Position numbers and translations under genes: made by a program. A stretch of DNA of 64,000 nt. Origin: Planctomycetota bacterium (lineage in GTDB: Bacteria > Planctomycetota > Planctomycetia > Pirellulales > Pirellulaceae). Positions 1 through 10,942 of this stretch are shown here, piece by piece. The first letter of the stretch is position 1. Each line of letters opens with the position of its first letter. A model generated the notes under the pieces. The model was given only the letters and a program-made list of their open reading frames with translations, was not told the origin of the DNA and ran no database searches. The stretch spans positions 68,449 through 132,448 of the forward strand of contig JBCAWX010000016.1 of assembly GCA_038534355.1 (NCBI GenBank), written 5' to 3'.

Positions 1-636
1 TTACCCGCGGACGACCAATCACATCGATTCCTCGTCGCTGATTTTTCTGACCCACAGAACCTGCAGGAAGTCGTTTCAGCCGATGTCGCTGATGCGGGCC
101 CAGCACATATTCTGATCAATAATACGGGCGGCCCACCGGGAGGGAATATCTTTGACGCGGAGCTGGAAGCATTCGAAAACGCGTTTACACAACATTTGAA
201 ATGTAATCACGTGCTCGCTCAAACACTGGTGCCGGGCATGAAGACCGCAGCGTTCGGTCGCATCATCAATGTGATTTCCACTTCGGTGAAACAACCGCTT
301 GATGGTTTAGGCGTCTCCAACACGATTCGCGGCGCGGTTGCAAACTGGGCGAAAACGATGTCCAACGAACTGGCTTCATTTGGAATCACCGTCAACAACG
401 TACTGCCCGGCGCGACGGCAACGCAGCGTTTGCACTCCATTCTGGAAAACAAGGCCAAAAAGTCAGGCGCGACGATCGACGAAGTGGCAGCCAAAGTGAA
501 GTCGGCAATCCCGGCCGACCGCTTCGCTGAAGCCGAGGAAGTCGCCAACGCAATCGTATTTCTCGCCAGCCGACAAGCGAGCTACATCACGGGCATCAAC
601 TTGCCCGTCGATGGTGGTCGAACTAAATGCCTTTGA
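1..636 (+). CDS. SDR family oxidoreductase (3-oxoacyl-ACP reductase-like), 5'-truncated by the window edge
   Basis: Frame 1 is open from base 1 (LPADDQ...ILINNTGGPP...). It contains the SDR motifs NNTGG, GRIINVIS, NNVLPG and YITGINLPVDGG. Confidence 0.85.
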   Translation, partial: LPADDQSHRFLVADFSDPQNLQEVVSADVADAGPAHILINNTGGPPGGNIFDAELEAFENAFTQHLKCNHVLAQTLVPGMKTAAFGRIINVISTSVKQPLDGLGVSNTIRGAVANWAKTMSNELASFGITVNNVLPGATATQRLHSILENKAKKSGATIDEVAAKVKSAIPADRFAEAEEVANAIVFLASRQASYITGINLPVDGGRTKCL

Positions 637-662
637 TGCTGGTTGCCAGTTGTTAGCCGAAA

Positions 663-2015
663 CTACTTTCGAATCCGCATCAGTTTCTTTTCGGTCCGAA
701 TCAGCAAGTCCTCGTCAACGACAATCGGGCTAGCCATGATGGAACTTTCGAAACGATTCGTCGCTAATGTTTCCAGAGCTTCGGAACAGCGAATCACCTT
801 CATCACGCCGTCACGATTGGCGACATACAGCAACCCTCCTGCCAAAAGGGGTGACGCGGAATAGCCGCCACCGACACGAACTTTGTTCAACTCCTTGCCC
901 GTTTTAACATCCAGACAAAGCATGATTCCTTTGTCGGTTACTGCGTAAAGCTTGCCATCGTTAACCACGGTGCTCGGCATCGTCGAGGCACCTTTGTAAC
1001 GCCATTTGATGTGCGACTTGGTCACGTCACCGGTCCCGGATGGATCGACAGCGACGTATTCAGGCCGCATGTAGCCGGTCGAAAAAATCACCAACCCGGA
1101 ATCAAAAATTGGCATTGGTGACACGGAAAATCCGCTGCCATGATCGACACGCCAAATCTCTTTGCCGGTCTCTGGTTCATAACCAGCCACCCATTGGGCA
1201 CATGGGATGACGAGTTGTTTCTGATCGTTGACGGTGATCTGGATTGGCGTTGAATACGCTTTCTGATATTCGCCGTTGGTAGCTCGGATTGGCGGACGGG
1301 ATGTCTTCCAGATCTCTTTACCGGTTTTCAAATCGACAGCCGCGACGTACTGTTTGTCCGTTCCGTCGCAGACCAGGATCACTTTGTCGTCAAAAACGAC
1401 GGGTGACGAACCTGGCCCTACGCTGTGCGAGACAACGTACTTCGTGTCCCAGACTGACTTTGCTGTCTTCGTGTCGAGGCACCAGGTACCATAGCTGCCG
1501 AAATGACAAATCACTTTGCCATCAGCGAGCGCCGGCGTTGGCGACGCGTAGGAGTTCATTGGATTGATGGGCTCGGGGCTGTCGACGTTGGTCAACAGAA
1601 CATTGTGGATCAGTTTGCCATCGGATTTGGAAACGGCGATTGCTCTTAGTTCGACCGACTTGGCCAATGTTTTGATTTTGGCCAGCGGGTCCCCTTTGAG
1701 TTTCTTTTCGATTTCTTCTTTGCTGGCTTCGACAGAAACAGCCGTGGTCATCCAGATCAACTCATCGTTGTAGACGGGTGATGACCAACCGGTACCGGGA
1801 ATCTCGGTATCCCAGAGAACTTGCTGGTCAAAGTCAATTTTGACAGGTGGTTTGGTGGATGTGGGCGACTTTCCGGATCCATCTTGACCGCGAAGCTGTG
1901 TCCAGTGTGAATCTTGTTGAGCATGGCAGGTATGGATACTGCCGAAAGCGACAGCAAAAAGCAAACAGGCAATGAAGCAAAAAGAACAGCGATTCATGAT
2001 CATGGGTCGATTCAA
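663..2015 (-). CDS. Secreted PQQ-binding-like (BamB-like) beta-propeller protein
   Basis: Signal peptide, W..RG..G.G motif, PG.GWSSPV, repeated A.D..TGKE.W blades, SSPVV. This family is typical of planctomycetes. Confidence 0.85.
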   Translation of the reverse strand: MNRPMIMNRCSFCFIACLLFAVAFGSIHTCHAQQDSHWTQLRGQDGSGKSPTSTKPPVKIDFDQQVLWDTEIPGTGWSSPVYNDELIWMTTAVSVEASKEEIEKKLKGDPLAKIKTLAKSVELRAIAVSKSDGKLIHNVLLTNVDSPEPINPMNSYASPTPALADGKVICHFGSYGTWCLDTKTAKSVWDTKYVVSHSVGPGSSPVVFDDKVILVCDGTDKQYVAAVDLKTGKEIWKTSRPPIRATNGEYQKAYSTPIQITVNDQKQLVIPCAQWVAGYEPETGKEIWRVDHGSGFSVSPMPIFDSGLVIFSTGYMRPEYVAVDPSGTGDVTKSHIKWRYKGASTMPSTVVNDGKLYAVTDKGIMLCLDVKTGKELNKVRVGGGYSASPLLAGGLLYVANRDGVMKVIRCSEALETLATNRFESSIMASPIVVDEDLLIRTEKKLMRIRK

Positions 2016-2187
2016 AGGGTCGTGAAAGGTTCAGTAAAACAATCAGTCGGATTAAGATTCAGTTTATCGTCAGCGATGGCGAATAATTGCATAATCATCG
2101 AGGAATCGGCGCCTGAATTACGTACTAGGCAATACCGTGGGTCAACGAATCTCAAAAATGCTTGTTTCTTCACAGATTGAGTGGTTG

Positions 2188-2253
2188 TTGACCCTCATGG
2201 GCAACACGCTTAAAGTAAAAAATTGGCCTCATTCGGGCGAAAAATCGTATAAT
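2188..2253 (+). promoter_or_regulatory. Candidate sigma70 promoter(s) for the pilT operon
   Basis: TTGACC(2188-2193)-17 bp-TAAAGT(2211-2216), plus a second perfect TATAAT at 2248-2253. Confidence 0.45.
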
Positions 2254-2400
2254 TCCTCTCGCCTGACGCTCTGGTTGCCCCGGTTCCGATTCAAGCCACC
2301 TTCCAAGTGATGTCACCCGACCCCCGGAACTTACAAAATTCGGCTTTCAATCGCAGTTTTACCTCGATTGAACAATCCGTTAACTAATCTGGAAAAAGCC

Positions 2401-3630
2401 ATGTCCAAACCAACCAAAAAACCGAAACCGGCCAAACAAGAATCCAACGGCGAAGCACCTGCCAAGACACTGGCTGAACGTGACCAGGAAGCGATTGAGC
2501 TGATGGTCAGCCGATTTGTCATGAAGCAGGAAGAACTGCCGGTAGACAAATACTTTCGTGCCTTGGTGAAACTTGGCGGTTCTGACTTGCACATGAAGGT
2601 CGGCAAGCCTCCGATTGTTCGTGTCAATGGAACACTAAAGGAGCTCAATCGCGACCCGATCGAAGTCGAAGAGATGGCTCGTTTGCTGTTCCCGATGATG
2701 AACGAGCGAACGCGTGATATTTTCGACGAAGAAGGCGGGGCTGACTTCGCGTACGTCGTCGATGTCGATGGCGAGTCATGGCGTTTCCGTGTCAACATGC
2801 TTCAGCAGCTGGGCAAAATTGGCTTGGTCGCTCGTCGTGTGAACAACCATATTCCGAACTTCGAGGGGCTGTACTTACCGCCGGCAATGGAAACGCTGTG
2901 CCATTTTGATCAGGGCATGATCTTGCTCGCTGGTGTGACTGGTTCCGGTAAAAGTACCACGATCGCGTCGATGTTGAACTACATCAACCGAATTTACTCC
3001 AAACACATTTTGACGTTGGAAGATCCAATTGAATTTGTGTTTACCGATGACAAATGTTTGATTAACCAGCGAGAAGTCGGCATCGATGTGGTCGACTTTG
3101 GCGTTGGCATGAAGCATGCGGTTCGTGAAGACCCCGATATCATTCTGGTCGGTGAGCTTCGTGACGAAGAAACCTTTATGACGGCGATTCACGCTGCGGA
3201 AACCGGTCACCTTGTGTTTGGCACGATTCACGCGTCGACCGCACCGTCGACGATTGGTCGTATTCTCGACTTGTTCCCGGAAGATTTGCATGGAGCGATT
3301 CGCGGAGCGATTGCGATGAACATGAAAGCGATCGTCGCACAAAAATTGCTCAAGTCGATCAATCCCAAAGTCGGTCGTGTTCCGACTTGTGAAATCATGA
3401 CATTCAATCCGACTGTGAAAAAGTTGATCCTTGAAGAACGCGACCACAATCTTTCAGACGCGATTCGAATCGGTGAAGAAGAAGGGATGCAGGATTTCAC
3501 CACGTCGTTAAAAGGACTGATCGATGATGAACTCATTGATCGGCCAACGGCTTTCCAAGTTGCGCCGAACAAGGAAGAGCTGAAAATGAAACTAAAAGGC
3601 ATCAACGTTTCGCAACCTGGAATTATTTAA
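2401..3630 (+). CDS. pilT: Type IV pilus retraction ATPase PilT/PilU family
   Basis: GSDLH motif, Walker A GVTGSGKST, TLEDPIE Asp box, Walker B DPDIILVGELRD, His box GHLVFGTIH. ATG at 2401 preferred over TTG at 2368. Confidence 0.9.
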   Translation: MSKPTKKPKPAKQESNGEAPAKTLAERDQEAIELMVSRFVMKQEELPVDKYFRALVKLGGSDLHMKVGKPPIVRVNGTLKELNRDPIEVEEMARLLFPMMNERTRDIFDEEGGADFAYVVDVDGESWRFRVNMLQQLGKIGLVARRVNNHIPNFEGLYLPPAMETLCHFDQGMILLAGVTGSGKSTTIASMLNYINRIYSKHILTLEDPIEFVFTDDKCLINQREVGIDVVDFGVGMKHAVREDPDIILVGELRDEETFMTAIHAAETGHLVFGTIHASTAPSTIGRILDLFPEDLHGAIRGAIAMNMKAIVAQKLLKSINPKVGRVPTCEIMTFNPTVKKLILEERDHNLSDAIRIGEEEGMQDFTTSLKGLIDDELIDRPTAFQVAPNKEELKMKLKGINVSQPGII

Positions 3631-5426
3631 TGACTCGTCGTTTCTGTTGGGTGCTCGGTTTCGCGCTCATGCTCGTTTGCGTGGTGTTACTGGGCCCCCT
3701 TGCCTCTGTATCGGTCGCCCAAAGTGACGATGAGCTTCTTGAGCTAACCAACAAAATTCGGCCTGGCGGCTATCTTTCGATCCTCAAGATTGCATTGATC
3801 GCCGTCGTCTTTCTGCTGTGGGTCAAACTGGCCGATTGGGTCAATCTCGATGCGATGCGGTTCGGCAAGAAGTCCGGATTGCAGCCGGAAATCTGGAACC
3901 CCATCATCGTCCTGTGTTTCCTGGTTGCGTTCCTGGCAGTGATTACCGTCCCGTTTTTCTGGGCAACCTATCCCGTTTACGTAATCGCGACGTTGTTGCC
4001 ACCGTTTCTGTACATCATGACGCGGCGGAAACGACTCCGCGAAAACGCCTCTTTTGCGAGAACGGTCTCTAAAGCCAAAGGGGGCAGCGGGGACGTCGAT
4101 GTCGAAGAGGAAGTCTTGCCTCAGGATGAAGGTGCTGAAGTCGAGTTTTCTGCTGCCGGAGCCGACAAAAACCAGAAACAATCGAATCTGATTCGCGCCC
4201 GTCAATCCGGCGCATTCGCCCAGCTGAAAAACTTGTTTCACACCGCCCAATTCAAACGGGCTGACCAGCTGCTATTGGATTACACATCAAACGCGGTTGG
4301 TGTTCGCATCCTGGTTGACGGCACGTGGCATGCTTTAGAGCCAATGGACCGAGAATCCGGTGACGCGATGCTCGTCAGTATGAAGTGTCTGGCGGGCGTC
4401 AATCCGATGGAACGTCGTCAAAAACTGGCAGGTATGTTTGCGGTTAAATCGGAGCACGGAAAAGCCAAACTCGAGTTTACCTCTCAAGGTGTCCCCAGCG
4501 GAGAAAGGGCACTGGTCAAGTTCGTCGGCAACGTTCAGGAAGCCATGCCGCTGGATAAACTCGGTATGTTCCCCGAGATGCTTGAGAAAGTCACAACGTC
4601 GATGAACTCAGCAGGCATCACGGTCATCTCGGCACCGCCGGGACAAGGGTTTACGTCTTCGTGGCAAGGCGCCCTGCTTTCATCTGACCGTCTGACGCGA
4701 GACTGTATTGGGCTGATCCAGCCATCCGAGGAAGAGACCCGGATCGAAAACATCGTTCCAAAGGAATACAGCCCAGCGGCAGGAGAGTCTCAGTCGGAAG
4801 TCTTGCGCGGCGTGTTATTAACCCAGCCGGACATGATCGCCGTCCCGCATGTCGAAGACTCCAAAACGATGGACATGTTGGTCGACCAAGCGAACAACCA
4901 GCAACGTGCCATCCTGTTTCGTACGCCGGCATCCAGTGCCGCTGAGGCGTTGCTGCGGGTCTATTCACAATCGACGGATCGCGACGGATTCTTGCAAGCC
5001 ATTTCGGCAGTCACTTGCCAACGACTGATGCGGCGACTCTGTCCTACCTGTCGTGTGGAAACGCGTGTGCAACCCCAGTTGATCCAACAGCTCGGTGGTA
5101 ACCCCAAAACACAAGGTACGATTTTTAATCAGTACCAATTGCCGCCGCCGGCTCAACGCGTGGACGAACAAGGCAACCCGATCGAGTTTCCTCCATGCGA
5201 AACTTGTGGTGGTATCGGCTACATCGGACGCATCGCCGTCTATGAACTCATCGATGTAACGGACCCCTTGAGAAACGTTATCAGAACCAACCCGCAACCT
5301 GCGGCGATCGAGGCCGCAGCGGTCAAACTTGGTAAAAAATCGATCGCTGCCCAAGCATATCAATTGGTTCTGTTGGGTGTCACTTCGCTCGCCGAAGTAC
5401 AACGTGTATTAAAGGCCTCGAAGTAG
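3630..5426 (+). CDS. Membrane-anchored PilB/GspE-like ATPase-fold protein with degenerate Walker motifs
   Basis: N-terminal hydrophobic segments, then a GspE-like core (VRILVDG.WH, QRLMRRLCPTC, CETCGGIGYIGRIAVYELI). Walker A reads PPGQGFTS. Confidence 0.75.
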   Translation: MTRRFCWVLGFALMLVCVVLLGPLASVSVAQSDDELLELTNKIRPGGYLSILKIALIAVVFLLWVKLADWVNLDAMRFGKKSGLQPEIWNPIIVLCFLVAFLAVITVPFFWATYPVYVIATLLPPFLYIMTRRKRLRENASFARTVSKAKGGSGDVDVEEEVLPQDEGAEVEFSAAGADKNQKQSNLIRARQSGAFAQLKNLFHTAQFKRADQLLLDYTSNAVGVRILVDGTWHALEPMDRESGDAMLVSMKCLAGVNPMERRQKLAGMFAVKSEHGKAKLEFTSQGVPSGERALVKFVGNVQEAMPLDKLGMFPEMLEKVTTSMNSAGITVISAPPGQGFTSSWQGALLSSDRLTRDCIGLIQPSEEETRIENIVPKEYSPAAGESQSEVLRGVLLTQPDMIAVPHVEDSKTMDMLVDQANNQQRAILFRTPASSAAEALLRVYSQSTDRDGFLQAISAVTCQRLMRRLCPTCRVETRVQPQLIQQLGGNPKTQGTIFNQYQLPPPAQRVDEQGNPIEFPPCETCGGIGYIGRIAVYELIDVTDPLRNVIRTNPQPAAIEAAAVKLGKKSIAAQAYQLVLLGVTSLAEVQRVLKASK

Positions 5427-5504
5427 AAAAAAAATCAGCGTATTGCGTTCCGTTGAACGCGTTGGAACAAGAACTGGAAAACTGTTTACGAAACCGGACG
5501 CCAA

Positions 5505-6811
5505 TGTCGTTTGACGATGATGATAAGCCACCGATTGAGTTTGTCCCTCACGGTGATACCGAAGAAATTCGCGAAGCCAATCTCGCACTGGTCGAGCCTT
5601 CCCCCGGGTTCGATACCGCTGCGAATTTTTGCTGTGACATCATCAACAAAAACTCCGAAGTCACCGTGCTGGACTTCACCCAGCAATCGGTGACGGTCCG
5701 ATTTCAAATTGATGGCATCTGGCATGGTGGCCCGCCGATGGACCGTGAGTCTGGCGACTTCATGCTGGCGACCATCAAACAGATGGCCGGCATGAACTTT
5801 CGCGAACGACGTCAACGACAGGAAGGTCGTTTCAAAACCATCTACTTGCGCAAAGGTCAAAAGTTTAAAGTCGTCTCTCAAGGCGTCCCGACGGGCGAAC
5901 GCGTTGCACTCTATCTCGAAATTCGCAAGCCCAGCGCTGAGTCAGCGGAAGAGCTTGGCATGCGAAAAAAGATGCGCGAAGAAATCGGCGCATTGACTGC
6001 CGATCCAGAGATGAAAGACATCCTCGTCGTTGCCGTGCCTGGCGAAGGCTACACCACGGCCTGGAGATCGATCGTCGGATGTGCCGATCGATTGACGCGT
6101 GACTTTTATGTGTTGCAACCCGTTGGCAAGGGTGACGAAGAAGAAATCATCAACGTCTTTCCCTGCGAGTTCGATCCTGCCAAAGGTGAAGACGCGATGT
6201 CGCCCGTCCCTCAGTTGCTGCTCAAACAGCCTGACATCCTCGCGTTTGAAGAATTGCCTGATGGCGATCTGATTAACCGCGTCATCGATATGTCGATCGA
6301 GAAAAAGATCCCGCTGTTTACCCGCCAACAGGGAAAACACTGCGTCGATGGATTACTCAGGTTGCTTGCGAAGGGACCCGATATCAAAAAGTTTGTCGAT
6401 CATCTTGATACCGTGATCGCGATGAGAGTCATTCGGAAACTCTGCACCAATTGTCGTATCGGATTCACTCCCCACCCACAGTTGTTGCAACAACTTGGCT
6501 TGCCCCCTGGACGCGTCGCTGAGCTGTTTCAACCGTTTGTTTTTAAACCCGGGATGCTCGACGACGACGAGAAAGAGATCGAACCCTGCCCAGAATGCTC
6601 AGGAATCGGCTTCAAAGGCCGCGTCGGGTTGTTTGAAAAACTGAACATGACCGACCCGCTGCGGCAAGCGATTGCCGCCAACCCAAAAAACGACTACTTA
6701 CAAAAAGTTGCCAAACAGCAGGGTCACATTTCGATGTTCATGGAAGGTGTTGTGCTGATCGCCAAAGGGATCACATCTGTCGATGAATTACAACGCGTTC
6801 TGAAAAGCTAG
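5505..6811 (+). CDS. Soluble PilB/GspE-like ATPase-fold paralogue with degenerate Walker motifs
   Basis: VRFQIDGIWH, RVIRKLCTNC, CPECSGIGFKGRVGLFE. Walker A reads VPGEGYTT. Start uncertain (5453 TTG or 5505 ATG). Confidence 0.75.
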
Positions 6812-6884
6812 AAGCGAATCGAAAACGACTTTGGCAAGCTGTCATCAACCCATCAACTAAACTCCAATCTTTATTCAAATCATC

Positions 6885-7529
6885 ATGTTTCCCATTTTGA
6901 TCGCCTGTTTGATTTTCATCGTTGTTGCCGGTGCGACTTGGTGGTTCGGATTGTGGAGCAACTTGATCACACTGATCAACTTGTTTCTGGCCTCATTGAT
7001 TGCCAGTAGTATTTATCAACCCGTTGCTAATCTGATTTTTTCAAAACAGAAGAGCTTTGTTTATCTGGTTGATTTTATTGCGGTCTGGTTAAGCTTTGTC
7101 ATCGCATTCATTGTGCTTCGCGGACTCACTGATCTGCTCAGCAGCTATCGATTGAAGTTTGACCCAATCGTCGAGATGTCCGGACGAACAATCTTTTCGT
7201 TGTGGGTTGCCGGTGTCTTCACCTGTTTTGCCATGTTCACCTTGCAGATGGCCCCCCTGTCACCTGACTTCTATGGTGATCGCAGCAATGGTCACACTGG
7301 GACCATTCCAGATCGAGCTTGGCTGGCGTTTGTGCAAAGTCGCTCTCGTGGTGCGTTGTCGGCGGGTCAGGACGAGAACTTTTTGTTTTCCGCCTACGAA
7401 CTGAAAGAACACGAAGACGACAAGGACTTAAATGCTCGCGTGTTTGATCCGTTCGCTGGATTTCTTATCCAGCAGCACATGATGCGAATTTCGATTTCGC
7501 TTAATCGCTCCCTTCGCGTTTCCATGTAA
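6885..7529 (+). CDS. CvpA-family-like inner membrane protein
   Basis: About four hydrophobic helices with a G.WSNLITLIN..LAS pattern. Co-oriented at the end of the pilT cluster. Confidence 0.6.
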   Translation: MFPILIACLIFIVVAGATWWFGLWSNLITLINLFLASLIASSIYQPVANLIFSKQKSFVYLVDFIAVWLSFVIAFIVLRGLTDLLSSYRLKFDPIVEMSGRTIFSLWVAGVFTCFAMFTLQMAPLSPDFYGDRSNGHTGTIPDRAWLAFVQSRSRGALSAGQDENFLFSAYELKEHEDDKDLNARVFDPFAGFLIQQHMMRISISLNRSLRVSM

Positions 7530-7789
7530 GTGTTGGCGCGACCTCACGTTGAATGAGGCGTTTTGACAACACGGATGATGTCCAGAATCGACGTGTTGCA
7601 AATTGGAAACATCGTCTTCGATCGTTGGTTTCAGTTGCCGATTTTTTTGTCAGCGGTTTTCATTCGGTAAAAACCAACTCAAACGGTTCCGTGCAGTGGA
7701 ACTGAGGATGCGGAACCACGAATTTTGTGACTTGGTGCCCTGTTTGCTGATTGCTGTATCAGCAAACCACTTTGACCCGTGAAGGCACC

Positions 7790-8254
7790 ATGAATTCAGA
7801 TCAGTATTATCGAAGCCCCCAATCAACCTGTTCACGCACCGCGGTCAAATCGAATCACCGCTCGAAAGTTTTGACGTATCAGATGATCATCGTGTTGGCA
7901 TCGGTTGTGTCCATTATTGCTTTCTTTTTATTCAACCTGAACCTCTTCGATTTTTCAGGACAACCTGCGGGACGATTGATGCAACGATCCACGTCGAGCA
8001 GTTGGTTTGAATCAACCGCGATGGCGCAGGAGTCTGCTGAGAATACGATCATGTGGCGATACACCAATGAAGGATGGCAAGATGTCTCTGCATTGATCGT
8101 CCCCGAAGATCAATCGTCCGAAGGGATCGAGAACGTTCATCCATTGGTTTGGTCGGCACTCGTCGCACTGGGCGTTTCGATGCTGGTTATCTGGGCATCG
8201 AACGAATCTGACATCGCCAAACTGGCTGGCGATTCAGCCGCCGCAGACGAATAA
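7790..8254 (+). CDS. Hypothetical membrane protein
   Basis: Two hydrophobic segments flanking a WRYTNEGWQD motif. Start uncertain (7751 or 7790). Confidence 0.55.
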   Translation: MNSDQYYRSPQSTCSRTAVKSNHRSKVLTYQMIIVLASVVSIIAFFLFNLNLFDFSGQPAGRLMQRSTSSSWFESTAMAQESAENTIMWRYTNEGWQDVSALIVPEDQSSEGIENVHPLVWSALVALGVSMLVIWASNESDIAKLAGDSAAADE

Positions 8255-8485
8255 ATCACCCAGCTGTCTTGAGCTTGATATTTTGAGCTTTTCCCAAGTT
8301 TCACGGTTTTTGCCGCTAGACTTTGCTTTCAATTCAGCGAACGATGAGATCAGTGAGTGCAATCAATGTGTGCTATCAGACGGTCTTGATAGCACATCGA
8401 TTCACCAGCAATTAGACTGTCGTTGCGACTTGAATCTCGTCGATAAACATCCTGCCGCTTCCAAGCTTTACTGAATGATTTTGCG

Positions 8486-9052
8486 ATGGCTACGACCAAA
8501 ATTCAGCATCGGCGATTGTTAGAACGTGCCGAAGGTTATCTAGAGCTGGCCGTCGCGTTAGATGCTGATTTGGCCCTCGAGACAACGACCAAACAACGTT
8601 TGGCAAACCGGGCACTGGCTTGTTTAAGCGAAATCCAAAACCCACTTGGCCATAAACCGTACGTATTGTTTCTCAAGGGCCAAGCGTATCGGACAGCTGA
8701 GAATCACGCGGAAGCGGTCAAGTACTTCGAGCAGTCGCAACGAATCGACCCAGACAATATTCATTTGTACTTTGCCTTGGGTTGGTCTTACAAACGTTGC
8801 GATCGAATTACCGATGCTGTCGAAGCGATGAAGCGAGCAGTGGAACTGGATTCTGAAAGTGCAATCGCTCACTACAATCTGGCGTGCTACTTTGCATTAG
8901 AAGAACAGATCGAATCGGCGTTAATGCATTTGTCCTATGCGTTTGAGTTGGACACCAAATATCGAGAGATGGCGATCTACGAAACCGACTTCGATTTGAT
9001 CCGTAGCGATCCGCGTTTTATGTCGATGACGTCGATCGTCGACCCTGTCTGA
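8486..9052 (+). CDS. Tetratricopeptide repeat protein
   Basis: TPR-like helices (ALGWSYKR, AHYNLACYFA) and the C-terminal DFDLIRSDPRF motif typical of TPR-end proteins. Confidence 0.8.
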   Translation: MATTKIQHRRLLERAEGYLELAVALDADLALETTTKQRLANRALACLSEIQNPLGHKPYVLFLKGQAYRTAENHAEAVKYFEQSQRIDPDNIHLYFALGWSYKRCDRITDAVEAMKRAVELDSESAIAHYNLACYFALEEQIESALMHLSYAFELDTKYREMAIYETDFDLIRSDPRFMSMTSIVDPV

Positions 9053-9110
9053 TCATTGACCGGTCATGTCGATTTGAGCTTGCCGCGAAGCGCACGAACT
9101 TCTAAGAAAC

Positions 9111-10040
9111 CTACATGGCTTCTAGTGCAGCTCTGATTTCTCGACGAATCATAGTTTCGAAATCGGTTTCATTCGAACGAAGTGCCTGCTCAGGAAACGT
9201 CTGAGTTGAAATCAACAGTGTCGGGCCGGCAAAACGGCGTTCCAAATTCGACCACTGTTTGGCGGTCACATCTGCAAAGACGATCAGCAGATTGAACGAC
9301 TCCCAACGTTCGGGAACGGTTGTTGAGATGAGTGAGGATTCGCTGTCAAATTTGCCAGCTTCACTCGCAAAGATTTGACAAATTTCATGCTTGCACGAAA
9401 AAAATTTTTCCCTAAAAAAAACTTTTTCAGGGACCGATATTTTCCCAAAACGGACAAAGGGTTTAAAAATTTCGTCGACCAACTCCTCAATTGGAGATGC
9501 GTGAGGCAGCATAACGGCGACCCGTCGATCCTTGCGATTGAGACAATCCAGCAAATCACTGACGGAACAGCCGCAGGCTGGATGAAACATTTCGCCAGCG
9601 ACTTCGGCAGCAGGCTCCAAGACGAACCTGCGAAAGCTCATGCGTGGATGAGGAATCGTAAGCGTCTCTGTTTCAATCATTTGATCGCCAAAGAGAATCA
9701 GATCCAGGTCGATCGAACGAGCTGACCACCGGCTGCCGCGTTGCCGGCCAAATTCGGATTCGATCTGCAGCAGCGTTTCCATCAAGCGATTGGCATCGAG
9801 CGTCGATCGCAGCCGGAATACCGAATTACAGTACGTCGGTTGGCGGATTTCCGAAGCGGGTTTCCGATCGGTTTCAGACTCCCCGGTAACGGGTTCCGTT
9901 TCCATTAATTGTGCTGCGGCGACGAATTCAATCCCTGTCGCTGCAGCAAGGCTCTGTTGCGCCTTTGCAAAGATCGCACGCGAATCACCAAGATTGGATC
10001 CAAACGCGACAAGGGCATCTGTGGGGACCGAAGACGTCAA
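9111..10040 (-). CDS. folK: 2-amino-4-hydroxy-6-hydroxymethyldihydropteridine diphosphokinase with a C-terminal extension
   Basis: VAFGSNLG, ETEP, YCNSV, E..FGRQR..RWSARSIDLDLIL, LTIPHPRM..RRFVLEPAAE. Confidence 0.9.
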   Translation of the reverse strand: MTSSVPTDALVAFGSNLGDSRAIFAKAQQSLAAATGIEFVAAAQLMETEPVTGESETDRKPASEIRQPTYCNSVFRLRSTLDANRLMETLLQIESEFGRQRGSRWSARSIDLDLILFGDQMIETETLTIPHPRMSFRRFVLEPAAEVAGEMFHPACGCSVSDLLDCLNRKDRRVAVMLPHASPIEELVDEIFKPFVRFGKISVPEKVFFREKFFSCKHEICQIFASEAGKFDSESSLISTTVPERWESFNLLIVFADVTAKQWSNLERRFAGPTLLISTQTFPEQALRSNETDFETMIRREIRAALEAM

Positions 10041-10942
10041 TTCAGATCAATTCGGATGCGGGGAATAGCGAACCGGCACGGTGTGTAAAAAATAAATGGC
10101 GATTGGCATCCAGTCCAATCGCCATTTGCTGGTCTGTTGAATGAGCACAATCAAAACCAGAAAATAATCCGTTGTCTGTAATCACAGCCGCCATGCCGTG
10201 AAAAACGGAATCCACCAAGTCGATTCCGTTTGTTTTGTTTCCTTTGCTAACTACAGACTTATAAAGAGCACGCCCGAATCATCCCCATCTCCATTCGGCG
10301 TTAGCCGAACTTCAACTGTCGATTCCATCAGTTGTTGAGCGGCCCGTGATTTGACGACGCATCATGCGTGTCGTGTCTCCATCGTTCGCCAATGGTTGTC
10401 CTAACAGTCTGAATTCCAGTCATTTAAGCTCCAGCAAAATCCACGTTTACCAGTTGGAATGCAAACCGCCGGGTTGGCGAGTCGTCTGATTTGAGATGTC
10501 AAAAATGATCGCACAGGTTGGTCAAGCAAACCTCACAATCAGCTTCAAACCGTCTGATTTGTCCATTAGGATCGATGACTGGTTTTGAAACGAGTTTCAA
10601 CAGACATCCGGCAGGCAATGACCTGGATTGACGTGAAATGAGTTGTTCCGAGATACGCGGGCCACCAATGGCCGCTGACTTACAACGTCCTGGCAAGTCT
10701 TTGCGAGTCCGTGCAAATCATATCTCAACTGGTTCTTCCTGAATCAGTTTGAACAAATCTCGTTTCTTGGTTGTCCAGTCGAGAAGTTTCGACGATTGAG
10801 CAACGATGAAAAACCGGGTCATAGGTTTGAAGTTTTCTTCAACTCGGAGGCTCATTTTGGCGATGCATCAAAGCTTGTCAAGGAAATTTTGATGGAAAAT
10901 TTTGTCGGTTGTTGGATACGTTTTAATTTTTAAATTGAAAGC

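Noticed and set aside
10041-10940. Possible rnpB, tmRNA, SRP or tRNA in the 1.1-kb gap, or the 65-aa ORF 10499-10696
   Set aside because: No hallmark motifs found by eye (GAGGAAAGTCC, GGAAGCAGC, T-loop GTTCGA with a cloverleaf). The ORF has no supporting features.
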